This document shows, in pieces, positions 19,174 through 26,890 of a stretch of DNA of 57,373 nucleotides; within the stretch, counting starts at the first letter, position 1; each line of letters opens with the position of its first letter. Source of the stretch: a virus (lineage: Duplodnaviria > Caudoviricetes); the IMG/VR virus record IMGVR_UViG_3300025835_000003, positions 1-57,373 of that record; one strand, given 5' to 3'. Below the pieces are notes generated by a model. That model saw nothing but the letters and a program-made list of their open reading frames with translations. It searched no databases and was not told the DNA's origin. The translations under genes were made by a program, and so were the position numbers.

Positions 19174-20406
19174 TCAAGACTCTATGTCAGACAGTTTGGA
19201 AAGAGCCTTGTTTATACGCACCGGGAAATGCCCATGATCTCCCATTCCTAGCTTATTTTTAGGCAGTGAAAACATCCGTAAATCTTCTTGATCATATCGC
19301 ACATCAATACCTATTCCAATCATCGCATCTATTTGCCCTTGAATACCTGTTTTTGAGCTATCGATATCCTCCATGTCGAGTATCAATTTATTAGCCGCAG
19401 ACTCTCCAGCTTGGGTGACAGACACAGTGACAATGTCTGCTTGCTTGGTTATGTTTCTAATACCTGTGGCGGCTGCTTCCAATTGCTGTGTCTTGTTCTC
19501 GGTAGAATGTTTGGCCCCCACATGAATGTTTCTTAACTGATCTACAACCAGCCACCTAGGCTGCTTCTTTTCCACCAGATCCCTTATCTGGTTCAATGAT
19601 CCTGGGGCCATGCCGAACAGAGCAATGTTCTCCAACCCATTGTCACGTGCTCTGTGGAGCGCCCTGCGGGGATCTCTCATCATCTCCCTAGTAGGGTAGC
19701 CAGACATGTTGGAAATCATTCTGGAGGCGATACGCGCTGTCCTATCCTCATTGATGATGTAGATCCCAGGTACTCCTTGGTGGGCAAAGCCACAAGCCAT
19801 CGTGATCGCGGCTGCTGTCTTGCCGGCCTCTGGCCGGGCAAAGAGCAACAGGTGATCTCCCCCATTGACTCCTCCACCGAGGCGAGAGTTCAACGACAAG
19901 GGATAAACCTTCAGCGTACGTTCAGAGTTCCCTCCTCCTTCAAGCAAGGTTTCTGTTGAAAGTAAATCAAAGGTTTCGATCCCATCTTCCTTGACTTCAT
20001 CAAGGGTAGTAGCGGAATGAACCCGTTTGAATTCCTGCAACAATTTGTCAGCCTCTTGATAGTTCTTTCCGGCCAATGCAATGGCTAATTCGGCGCCTAT
20101 CTGATCCCTTTTCTCCTCCAATATAACTGCTTCAACATTCTCTTTCGATATTGTAAATGCAGCGGCTTCATCCAGCAATTCTCTATAGGCATCAACAAGT
20201 TTGTTCGAAGATATTTTAGTGGCAAGCATCTGCAACAATAACGTTTTGTTGATTTGCTTTGCCTCTGGATCTCGTTGATAGTACTCCTTCATGTATTGCA
20301 GCAAGACTTGTGTGTCTCGTTCATACTTCTTTATGTCAATGTATCGCGCTATCTTTGCAAAGGAATCTCTGCTTTGCAATGCCAGCGCCAGTAATTCTTT
20401 ATTCAT
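19174..20406 (-). CDS. DnaB-like replicative helicase
   Basis: ARPEAGKT Walker A, NED, VVDQ Walker B, SKTGIQG, PKNK motifs. Confidence 0.92.
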   Translation of the reverse strand: MNKELLALALQSRDSFAKIARYIDIKKYERDTQVLLQYMKEYYQRDPEAKQINKTLLLQMLATKISSNKLVDAYRELLDEAAAFTISKENVEAVILEEKRDQIGAELAIALAGKNYQEADKLLQEFKRVHSATTLDEVKEDGIETFDLLSTETLLEGGGNSERTLKVYPLSLNSRLGGGVNGGDHLLLFARPEAGKTAAAITMACGFAHQGVPGIYIINEDRTARIASRMISNMSGYPTREMMRDPRRALHRARDNGLENIALFGMAPGSLNQIRDLVEKKQPRWLVVDQLRNIHVGAKHSTENKTQQLEAAATGIRNITKQADIVTVSVTQAGESAANKLILDMEDIDSSKTGIQGQIDAMIGIGIDVRYDQEDLRMFSLPKNKLGMGDHGHFPVRINKALSKLSDIES

Positions 20407-21386
20407 TTATGTGGGTATCCAATGCGTTTCGAGCTATGGGTATTCGTACTGGAAAGCGGATATAGTAAGTCTCTTATGGCGGCTTCCGGCAAGTCCTTTA
20501 TATCTTTGTCCAGACCGATCGGAATGGAGGTATGCCATATTCCCTTTGATCTGTAATGTATGCAGTATTTGACTGCCTTGACAAACGCATCTCTATCGAG
20601 TGCAATGTATACTGTGTCAAATACTTTACCTATTTCCTTGGCAAAAGATTCTGAAATGTGCGTGCCAAGCAAAGCAATGGCTGGCAAGTATCTTGATATC
20701 TTAACGGCGGAATACATATCTTCCACAAGTACTACGCTATTCATACCCTTGTTCTTGGTGCCTTTGAAATAACAATAGCTGTTTTTACCCTGTTCCTTTG
20801 CAGCCTGGTCAAGAAGTGTGAATGCCTTGCACACCTTGGGCAATGGATGTGTGCCTGTGGCCTCATCGGGAGAGGATTCTTGATAGGTGGGAGGAGAAAA
20901 TAGACGCAATTGATAGCCTAGGTTTTGGAAATCAAGATCATATAGTGGCATCTTGATGTAGATAGGCTTTGACAGCACAGGGCGGACAAGGTTCCCAGGT
21001 GGAGATAGATATACCACCTCCGCCCCAAGCTGCTTCAGGTGAGATTCATCCATGTGATACTTTTCCTTGAGCGCATCGAAGACAGCCCTTTCTTTATGCT
21101 TTTCACATGGTGTTAGAGACGTCTCGGCAAACCCCCGCTCTGGTGATCGGGTTCTTGCGGGCAAAGACTTCCGGCCCAATGCTTGTGCGGAAACAGTTGC
21201 CCGACCCTTCAGCCCACAGGAATTTCTATAACAGATAAACAACAGCGCGTTACCTTCTCGCGTAACAGCGAAAGCCCTGTCTTTATTGGCGCCGCCACGG
21301 CAAGCAGGGCATTCATCGGTGAGTTCTGTCTCTCCGTCTGCCAACCGAGAGAAACGTTCTCGGATCTCTGTCTTGTAATTGTTCAT
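20403..21386 (-). CDS. DNA primase (Zn finger plus TOPRIM)
   Basis: CPAC...CYRNSC; LVED; ALLGT; ALDRDA; KDIKD motifs. Confidence 0.9.
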   Translation of the reverse strand: MNNYKTEIRERFSRLADGETELTDECPACRGGANKDRAFAVTREGNALLFICYRNSCGLKGRATVSAQALGRKSLPARTRSPERGFAETSLTPCEKHKERAVFDALKEKYHMDESHLKQLGAEVVYLSPPGNLVRPVLSKPIYIKMPLYDLDFQNLGYQLRLFSPPTYQESSPDEATGTHPLPKVCKAFTLLDQAAKEQGKNSYCYFKGTKNKGMNSVVLVEDMYSAVKISRYLPAIALLGTHISESFAKEIGKVFDTVYIALDRDAFVKAVKYCIHYRSKGIWHTSIPIGLDKDIKDLPEAAIRDLLYPLSSTNTHSSKRIGYPHK

Positions 21387-21826
21387 CGTATGGATTCCTT
21401 CAGTATTCCGCGTATGCGACTGGTGTAAATGATCCGCCGGCATCCGGCTTCCTTCAATGCACTGTAACAGGCTGCACATGGGCGGCAATCTGCCAGGTGT
21501 CCGTTCCGGTCAAACCTTGCTATGTACACTTGTGCATCTCTCGTATCATGGTATCCGGTGAGAGTGAGTGCGCGAATCTCTGCGTGCATGTTTGGTGCCG
21601 GACACTTTCGCCCGACCCGCTTGTTCCATTTGCTTTGGACAGGATGCGTCTTTACGATATTGTGAGAATGCCCTGCCACGTAATTGCCAATGACAATGTA
21701 GCATCCTATCTTAACACGCCAATGGTTAGACCGCAAGCTTTCTTCCAGGGCCAAGGCAATGTATTTTTTGTCTTTTGTGGAGGGTATCACACTGAGTGTC
21801 CAATTTGTAGTGCAACATGAAATCAA
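21383..21826 (-). CDS. Cytidine/deoxycytidylate deaminase-family protein (start uncertain)
   Basis: HAE...RPCAAC zinc motif. Confidence 0.85.
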   Translation of the reverse strand: MISCCTTNWTLSVIPSTKDKKYIALALEESLRSNHWRVKIGCYIVIGNYVAGHSHNIVKTHPVQSKWNKRVGRKCPAPNMHAEIRALTLTGYHDTRDAQVYIARFDRNGHLADCRPCAACYSALKEAGCRRIIYTSRIRGILKESIR

Positions 21827-21835
21827 GCAGCATTC

Positions 21836-22132
21836 TTACTTCGACACTGTGCAGGCAAAGCCATCCCTCGGCGCAGCATATGCCTGGCTGCCATCTGTAA
21901 ATGTCAGGATCATCCACTTTCCTGTTACTTCTACCCGTGTGACACCATTAACTTCGGTTTCGTTATTGGCATCCTCACATTTGACTTTTTGTTCAGAGCC
22001 TTGGATAGCAAGGCGGTATCCATGTTTAACGTCATTAACGATAATAGGAATGAGTCCATACAAGAAGAAGAAAATAAGTAACCCTGCCATTACTTTGACT
22101 AATGGTGATGTGATTGCCAATTGATTATTCAT
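21836..22132 (-). CDS. Membrane-anchored hypothetical protein
   Basis: GGAG RBS; N-terminal TM segment. Confidence 0.6.
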   Translation of the reverse strand: MNNQLAITSPLVKVMAGLLIFFFLYGLIPIIVNDVKHGYRLAIQGSEQKVKCEDANNETEVNGVTRVEVTGKWMILTFTDGSQAYAAPRDGFACTVSK

Positions 22133-22364
22133 TGGTGGAAATCTCCATATCAATAGATGTGGTTGCCGGCCCAGTGTGATGCAATGGTGCTACTAGGTCA
22201 TTGAGTGCAAGGATAATTGTCTTACCCGTAATGTCTTCGGAGTGTGAGTTCCCCATCTTCCGGTAGACCCTATGATCTTTCGACATCTCGAACACTCCAT
22301 TTTTACGTTCGGCGAAAATGCGAAACAATTGTCCATCCTTTAGTGATTTGAATGTGAGCATCAT
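22125..22364 (-). CDS. Hypothetical protein
   Basis: AAGGAG RBS. Confidence 0.6.
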   Translation of the reverse strand: MMLTFKSLKDGQLFRIFAERKNGVFEMSKDHRVYRKMGNSHSEDITGKTIILALNDLVAPLHHTGPATTSIDMEISTNE

Positions 22365-22391
22365 GGTGATTATCTTCTCCTTTCAATATGA

Positions 22392-22464
22392 TAGGCCCGC
22401 CTGGACTCGAACCAGGAACCTTAGGATTATGAGTCCTTTGCTCTTGCCGTTGAGCTACGGGCCT
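22392..22464 (-). tRNA. tRNA with CAU anticodon, probably tRNA-Ile2 (elongator Met not excluded)
   Basis: AGGCCCG/CGGGCCT acceptor stem, TAGCTCAACGG D arm, CTCATAA loop, GGTTCGAGTCC T arm; CCA not encoded. Confidence 0.88.
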
Positions 22465-22476
22465 ATTGTGGATGTG

Positions 22477-22650
22477 TCAATCCAGCAAATCTAGTGCATC
22501 CAAAAAGTAATCAGGTTCCATGCCAATTTCATATAAAAATTCTGGCACGTCCTGCTCGTAGTCATTGTTCAATAGGTCACACAATTCTTTCTTGGCCTGA
22601 CTATACAGAATACCTTCACGTGCTGCAAAAGTTTTGACTAGATCATTCAT
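22477..22650 (-). CDS. Small acidic protein (57 aa; absent from the ORF track)
   Basis: MNDLVKTFAAREG...EIGMEPDYFLDALDLLD; GAGGA RBS; 14 D/E residues. Confidence 0.7.
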   Translation of the reverse strand: MNDLVKTFAAREGILYSQAKKELCDLLNNDYEQDVPEFLYEIGMEPDYFLDALDLLD

Positions 22651-22672
22651 ATCAATTGTCCTCGATGTATGT

Positions 22673-22945
22673 TTACATGAATAGGGACACTAGCGTCCAT
22701 ACTCCTCCCACGCACAATAGTGCGAGAATGCCTCGTGCCACGAGAATGAGTATTGTGGTGTGGCGCTTGGGACGCCTAAATCTTCGCAGGGTCCTTGTTT
22801 GATTCCCGATGTGTTCGGCTATGGCAATGCACCAAGCCGGCCTGATTGTAGGGTTCACCATATCATCCTCCTTACTATACACACTTTCCAAGTGTGTGTC
22901 AAGTATTTTTGTTCCTGGCAGCTTCAGAGTTTTAGCTTTCATCAT
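22673..22945 (-). CDS. Early hypothetical protein with C-terminal TM
   Basis: MMKAKT start shared with 25754..25960. Confidence 0.6.
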   Translation of the reverse strand: MMKAKTLKLPGTKILDTHLESVYSKEDDMVNPTIRPAWCIAIAEHIGNQTRTLRRFRRPKRHTTILILVARGILALLCVGGVWTLVSLFM

Positions 22946-23427
22946 GGGGCTTTCTCCTGTTGTTCGCCTTCGGCTATGTATAGGTTTGCAAATTTACTGA
23001 CTTTGGCGCGCTCGCATGTTGCCGCTGCGTGTTCAATGGCTTTGATATGTCGCTCATTCGCCGTCTTGATTGCTCTTGCATAACGGGCGGAAGCATCTTC
23101 ACGCCATGTTTGAAGCGAAATGTCATATTCCGATTGATATCTTTTCCATGCTCGACTCGCTTCGCTGTTGAACTTTTCAAGATCAACGACCTCGTTAGTG
23201 TGCAATATCTTCTCTATGTGCACACGCGCCGTCTCAAATGCAGCAAAGCCTTCAGGTTGCAGAAGCATTTACGCCGCCTGGCGCCAATCGAATTCGCCAG
23301 CATACTCCCTTGCCAGTTCGGCGGTCACTTCGACCGAGTCCACGAACGTGCGCAGGAACTTATCTTCCTGTGCTGGGTATACATTGGCATTCCGTAGCTG
23401 ATCAATTGTCAGAAGTCTGGATTTCAT
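22942..23427 (-). pseudogene. Early family-A paralogue split by an in-frame TAA at 23269-23271
   Basis: MKSRLLTIDQLRNA...DWRQAA*MLLQPEGF aligns with intact paralogues (FWAAEHFLRPEGF). Confidence 0.7.
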
Positions 23428-23464
23428 GGTACTGGCCTCGCTTACAATAGAAAGTGTTGGCAAC

Positions 23465-23500
23465 ATTCTAGCACGATAGGATGAACGTAGGATGAACGTA
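23465..23500 (-). promoter_or_regulatory. Extended -10 promoter (TGcTAGAAT) with an 11-bp tandem CGTTCATCCTA repeat over the -35 region
   Basis: TAGGATGAACG twice on the plus strand at 23477-23498. Confidence 0.55.
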
Positions 23501-23502
23501 TG

Positions 23503-23880
23503 TCAGGAATCGCCACCCTCGGCGATGTATAGACGGGCGAAGGCGCGAGCTATAGTCTGCTCGTGCTGCCGTAAGATCGTGGCATTGATATGAGTGGGTA
23601 CACGGCATAGTTCACCGCGGGCGTCTTTGACCGCGCGCAGCCTTTTCCGATCCGCACGCGCGACAATCGCATTAAACCGAGTAAAACCTTCAGGCCGCAA
23701 AAAGTGTTCCGCTGCCCAGAAGCAGTTAAACTTTTGCGCATGATCTGACGCTAGCTCGATCGTCACTTTGACCGACTCGTCAAACATCTCGTGGAATAGG
23801 TCGCGTTGTGATTGGCACGCTTTGGCATTCTGTAATTGTGCGAGTGTGAGGGTTCTGTATTTCTTCGTGGTAGTTGTCAT
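23503..23880 (-). CDS. Early family-A paralogue
   Basis: RTLTLAQLQNAKAC..Q.DLF...SVKVT...ARAFARLYIAEG; AAGGAG RBS. Confidence 0.75.
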   Translation of the reverse strand: MTTTTKKYRTLTLAQLQNAKACQSQRDLFHEMFDESVKVTIELASDHAQKFNCFWAAEHFLRPEGFTRFNAIVARADRKRLRAVKDARGELCRVPTHINATILRQHEQTIARAFARLYIAEGGDS

Positions 23881-23927
23881 AGCTGTCTCCTTAGGGTCAC
23901 GGCCTGACGAATGTCTGATCATGACTC

Positions 23928-23973
23928 ATTGTAGCGCGTGTGCGACAAGTGTCAATAGGGAAAGCTGAACAGG
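23928..23973 (-). promoter_or_regulatory. sigma70-type early promoter TTGACA-N16-TACAAT with a 24-bp upstream repeat
   Basis: CCTGTTCAGCTTTCCCTATTGACA is identical at 23950-23973 and 26680-26703. Confidence 0.75.
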
Positions 23974-24056
23974 AAAAAGACAATTCTGAACGTAATTTCT
24001 GCGTTGGCATGGTTTTTGTCAATACAAATATCGTGCCAGCGTGACAACAGCAAGAT

Positions 24057-24084
24057 TTGACAGGCGGCGCGACAGCGCTACACT
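24057..24084 (+). promoter_or_regulatory. sigma70-type promoter TTGACA-N16-TACACT, antisense to the R-M remnant
   Basis: Consensus match at the left junction of the captured segment. Confidence 0.55.
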
Positions 24085-24233
24085 ATCATGCGCGCTTCCC
24101 GGCTCACCTTGGTCTTCATGCCGTGCGCGTCGATGCCACCCACCACTTGCTGGATTTCGGCCCAAAGCCGCTCGCGGTGGACCAGCAGATATTCCAGCCC
24201 GTTGAGGTGCGAGTAGACCTCGGCGATTTTCAT
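24078..24233 (-). pseudogene. Truncated BstYI/BglII-family restriction endonuclease (51 aa; absent from the ORF track)
   Basis: MKIAEVYSHLNGLEYLLVHRERLWAEIQQVVGGIDA...KTKVSRE matches the R.BstYI N-terminus as I recall it (MRIVEVYSHLNGLEYIQVH); starts 10 nt after the MTase stop. Confidence 0.85.
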
Positions 24234-24243
24234 GAACCGCGGC

Positions 24244-25152
24244 TCAGATAGGCTTCACGTCTCCTTCGATCCACGGCGAGCGGGTCAAGGACTTCCCGGC
24301 GTCGGCCGGATCGAAGACAGGAGTGTTGCGGGGACGGATGCGAAGATTACCCGAGGCGGCCGCCCGGATGCGGTCGACGGCCATGTCGGCGTACTCCTTC
24401 ACCAGTTCCGCACCCGCACCGCGCCGGCCGCACCGGACTGCCGCCGCCATGGTGGTGCCGACGCCCGCATAAGGATCGAGCACCCACTCGTCGGGCCGGG
24501 TCAGCGCCAGCACCAGGCGCTCCACCAGCTCCACGGGAAACTGGCACGGGTGACCGGTCTTCTCGACATGGTTGCTCTTCACGTTCGGGATGATCCAGAC
24601 ATCGCCCGGGTTCTTGCCGAGAGGATTGCAGGAATACTGACCGGCCTTCGGCCCCTTGAAGTGCTTCTTCCCGGGGTACTTCTGCGGCACTCGGATCGGA
24701 TCCACATCGAAATGGTAGTCGTCGCCCTTGGTGAACCAGCAGATGGTCTCGTACCGCCCCGATAGGCGCCGGGTGCAGTGCAACCCGTGCTCGAAATGCC
24801 AGACGATCCGGTTGCGGAGCTTGAGGCCGTGCGCGGCAAACAGCGGATACAGGGCAATGTCGAGCGGAACGATGCTGCTCGCCTTGCCTTTCTCCACGTA
24901 GTTGCCGACCTGCCAGCACAGGCTGCCGCCGGGCGCGAGTACTCTCACGCACTCGGCGATGACCGGAGCCTGCTCCTCCAGATAACGATCCAGGCTCATC
25001 CGGGCCTCGTAGGCCTTGCCGACGTTGTAGGGCGGCGATGTCACTACCAACTGGATCGACTCGGACGCAATCTGGTCGAGCAGTTCGCGGCAATCGCCGT
25101 GGTAGGCCACCGCCCGCGCAGCTGGGTCGAATCTTGTCTTTACTTCTAGCAT
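24244..25152 (-). CDS. Beta-class amino-DNA methyltransferase, M.BstYI/M.BglII-like (probably N4-cytosine)
   Basis: TSPPY catalytic motif precedes HPCQFP and the DPYAGVGTT SAM motif; GC-rich. Confidence 0.92.
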   Translation of the reverse strand: MLEVKTRFDPAARAVAYHGDCRELLDQIASESIQLVVTSPPYNVGKAYEARMSLDRYLEEQAPVIAECVRVLAPGGSLCWQVGNYVEKGKASSIVPLDIALYPLFAAHGLKLRNRIVWHFEHGLHCTRRLSGRYETICWFTKGDDYHFDVDPIRVPQKYPGKKHFKGPKAGQYSCNPLGKNPGDVWIIPNVKSNHVEKTGHPCQFPVELVERLVLALTRPDEWVLDPYAGVGTTMAAAVRCGRRGAGAELVKEYADMAVDRIRAAASGNLRIRPRNTPVFDPADAGKSLTRSPWIEGDVKPI

Positions 25153-25238
25153 GGTAGCCCCTCGTTGCTGAAGTGTCGCTCACGTCCGTGAAATCTAAAC
25201 CCATCGACAAAATCGTTAAAATCTATGTTCCGGTACAT
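25146..25238 (-). pseudogene. Truncated phage gene (MYRNIDFNDFVDGFRFHGRERHFSNEGL) abutting the MTase
   Basis: Strong GAGAGGA RBS; the frame runs into the MTase start and stops after 30 codons. Confidence 0.55.
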
Positions 25239-25297
25239 GCCTAGTCCTCTCGTCTGTGGTAGTGTGCGGCGCTTTGCCCGACACCACATCGGGTTAA

Positions 25298-25456
25298 TCA
25301 ATGCCAACCTCTGAGGTTCAGCAACACAGCCGCAGTCATAAACGGCCACAGCAAGGCGTAAAGTAGCTCAGTATTATTATACGATCCCGGAAGATGCCCG
25401 GATCCATAGACTGAGATAACACCTACCACGTACACAATCATCAATGACAGCATCAT
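25298..25456 (-). CDS. Small membrane protein (52 aa; absent from the ORF track)
   Basis: MMLSLMIVYVVGVISVYG...LLYALLWP; GAGGA RBS. Confidence 0.65.
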   Translation of the reverse strand: MMLSLMIVYVVGVISVYGSGHLPGSYNNTELLYALLWPFMTAAVLLNLRGWH

Positions 25457-25469
25457 AGCAGTATCCTCA

Positions 25470-25757
25470 TTATTTGGCTATATCGGCTTTAGCTTGCTGG
25501 TCCATCATGGTGATGACATCGGACAACACAAACGCCGCATCGCGCAGCATATCGGCGCGTATGGCGATATATGTCAGGCGCTCGCTCCGGCGAAACTCAT
25601 CCGACTGGACCGGTGCCACACGTGCGGCCTCAGCGGCCTCATCTGAGAGCATGCCCCATGCACGGCAGGCTGCATAAGCGGCCTCCTCGGCCTGTTCAGC
25701 TGCCCTGCGGGCGAGCTCTTCGAGGGATGCGCTGGCGGTTGTGGTGGGTGTCGTCAT
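25470..25757 (-). CDS. Early family-B paralogue
   Basis: SLEELARRAAEQA...SDEF.RSE.LT.IA.RAD.LRDAA, shared with 26319..26579. Confidence 0.75.
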   Translation of the reverse strand: MTTPTTTASASLEELARRAAEQAEEAAYAACRAWGMLSDEAAEAARVAPVQSDEFRRSERLTYIAIRADMLRDAAFVLSDVITMMDQQAKADIAK

Positions 25758-25960
25758 GGTGTTCTCCCTTCGTTCTTGTAGAAGTCAATCCAGCAATTAT
25801 CATGGTTGTACACCCCCCAATATTCGCCAATCCGCATAGGCAAGGTTCCGCGTGCACACAACCAGACGCTGACACCTTGCAGCGGTCCGCCATTCAGTCG
25901 GTAGAGCTTTTTACGCCCAGGTGTGAGGGGCTTTAGTTTAAAGGTTTTAGCTTTCATCAT
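25754..25960 (-). CDS. Early hypothetical protein
   Basis: AGGAG RBS; coupled overlaps on both sides. Confidence 0.65.
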   Translation of the reverse strand: MMKAKTFKLKPLTPGRKKLYRLNGGPLQGVSVWLCARGTLPMRIGEYWGVYNHDNCWIDFYKNEGRTP

Positions 25961-26313
25961 GGGGCTTTCTCCTGTTGTTCGCCTTCGGCTATGTACGCGT
26001 GAGCGAAGGCGCGCGCAACAGCCCGCCTATACAGGGCCAAGAATTTTGCTAAGTCTACCGAGCTGCTGACCTTTATTACCATAGGTATAGTTCTCTGATC
26101 CGCGCGGGCGACAGCTACATCAAACCGAGCAAGGCCTTTTAGACTCAGCAAGTTCCTAGCCGCCCACTGCCAGTCGAAGACATTGTGGAAGCTGGCAGCG
26201 CGTCGGGCCGTTACCTTGACCGACTCGCCGAACAGGCTGCGGAACAGGTCACATTGTGACTTCCATGCTCCGGCATCACGTAACTGCTTGAGGGTTAGAG
26301 TTCTCGATTTCAT
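25957..26313 (-). CDS. Early family-A paralogue
   Basis: MKSRTLTLKQLRDAGA...YIAEGEQQEKAP. Confidence 0.75.
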   Translation of the reverse strand: MKSRTLTLKQLRDAGAWKSQCDLFRSLFGESVKVTARRAASFHNVFDWQWAARNLLSLKGLARFDVAVARADQRTIPMVIKVSSSVDLAKFLALYRRAVARAFAHAYIAEGEQQEKAP

Positions 26314-26318
26314 GGTGC

Positions 26319-26579
26319 TTATTCAGCTTGCTGGTCCATTATGGCAATGACACCAGACAGCGCGTAGGCTGCATCGCGCAGCGTGTCGGCGCGGACGGCG
26401 ATACGTGTTAGGTGTTCGCTCCGGCAGAACTCGTCCGAATGGATCGATGCCGTACGCGCGGCGCTGGCGGCTTCATCCGAAAGTGTGGCCCATGCGCGCC
26501 ATGCGAGATAGGCGAATTGTGCGGCCTGTTCGGACGCTCTACGTGCAACCTCTTCGAGCGACATTTCGTTGGTCGTCAT
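26319..26579 (-). CDS. Early family-B paralogue; first gene of the early arm
   Basis: AAGGA RBS; paralogue of 25470..25757. Confidence 0.75.
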   Translation of the reverse strand: MTTNEMSLEEVARRASEQAAQFAYLAWRAWATLSDEAASAARTASIHSDEFCRSEHLTRIAVRADTLRDAAYALSGVIAIMDQQAE

Positions 26580-26656
26580 GGCGTTTCATCCTTTCGTTGG
26601 TGGTGGTAGTGGCGGTGCTTTGTGACACGTGGTGGGTCATCCCTCCACGTGTCGTA

Positions 26657-26703
26657 AAGGTATCATGGTCTGCCCAGCATGTCAATAGGGAAAGCTGAAC
26701 AGG
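26657..26703 (-). promoter_or_regulatory. Main early promoter TTGACA-N17-TACCTT with extended TG
   Basis: Consensus match; shares the 24-bp repeat with 23950-23973. Confidence 0.75.
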
Positions 26704-26738
26704 GCTTAAATGATGTTAGGCAGATGGTGTGAGCATGT

Positions 26739-26757
26739 TTGCACCAGGTTGGTGCAA
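26739..26757. promoter_or_regulatory. NtrC-consensus site TTGCACCAGGTTGGTGCAA
   Basis: Exact TGCACC-N5-GGTGCA. Confidence 0.65.
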
Positions 26758-26827
26758 TCCTTACATCCTTACATTCTTACATCTCGCGCATCTATCGCCG
26801 GCCATCTGCCGGCGCATCTCTTGCCCG

Positions 26828-26852
26828 AGCTGTTGCAGCATATGCAACAGCT
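26828..26852. promoter_or_regulatory. Operator-like palindrome AGCTGTTGCA-N5-TGCAACAGCT
   Basis: Perfect 10-bp arms; regulator unassigned. Confidence 0.55.
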
Positions 26853-26890
26853 GCATCCGGTATATGGTCTGCACACAATATACATGTAGA

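Noticed and set aside
23269-23271. Stop-codon reassignment
   Set aside because: A single in-frame TAA; all three stops end genes normally elsewhere and there is no suppressor tRNA.
24232-25210. ORFs 24347..25210 - and 24232..24765 +
   Set aside because: Shadow frames of the GC-rich methyltransferase.
26761-26782. CpxR or GacA site in the TTACAT triplet
   Set aside because: The 8-bp period does not fit either consensus spacing.
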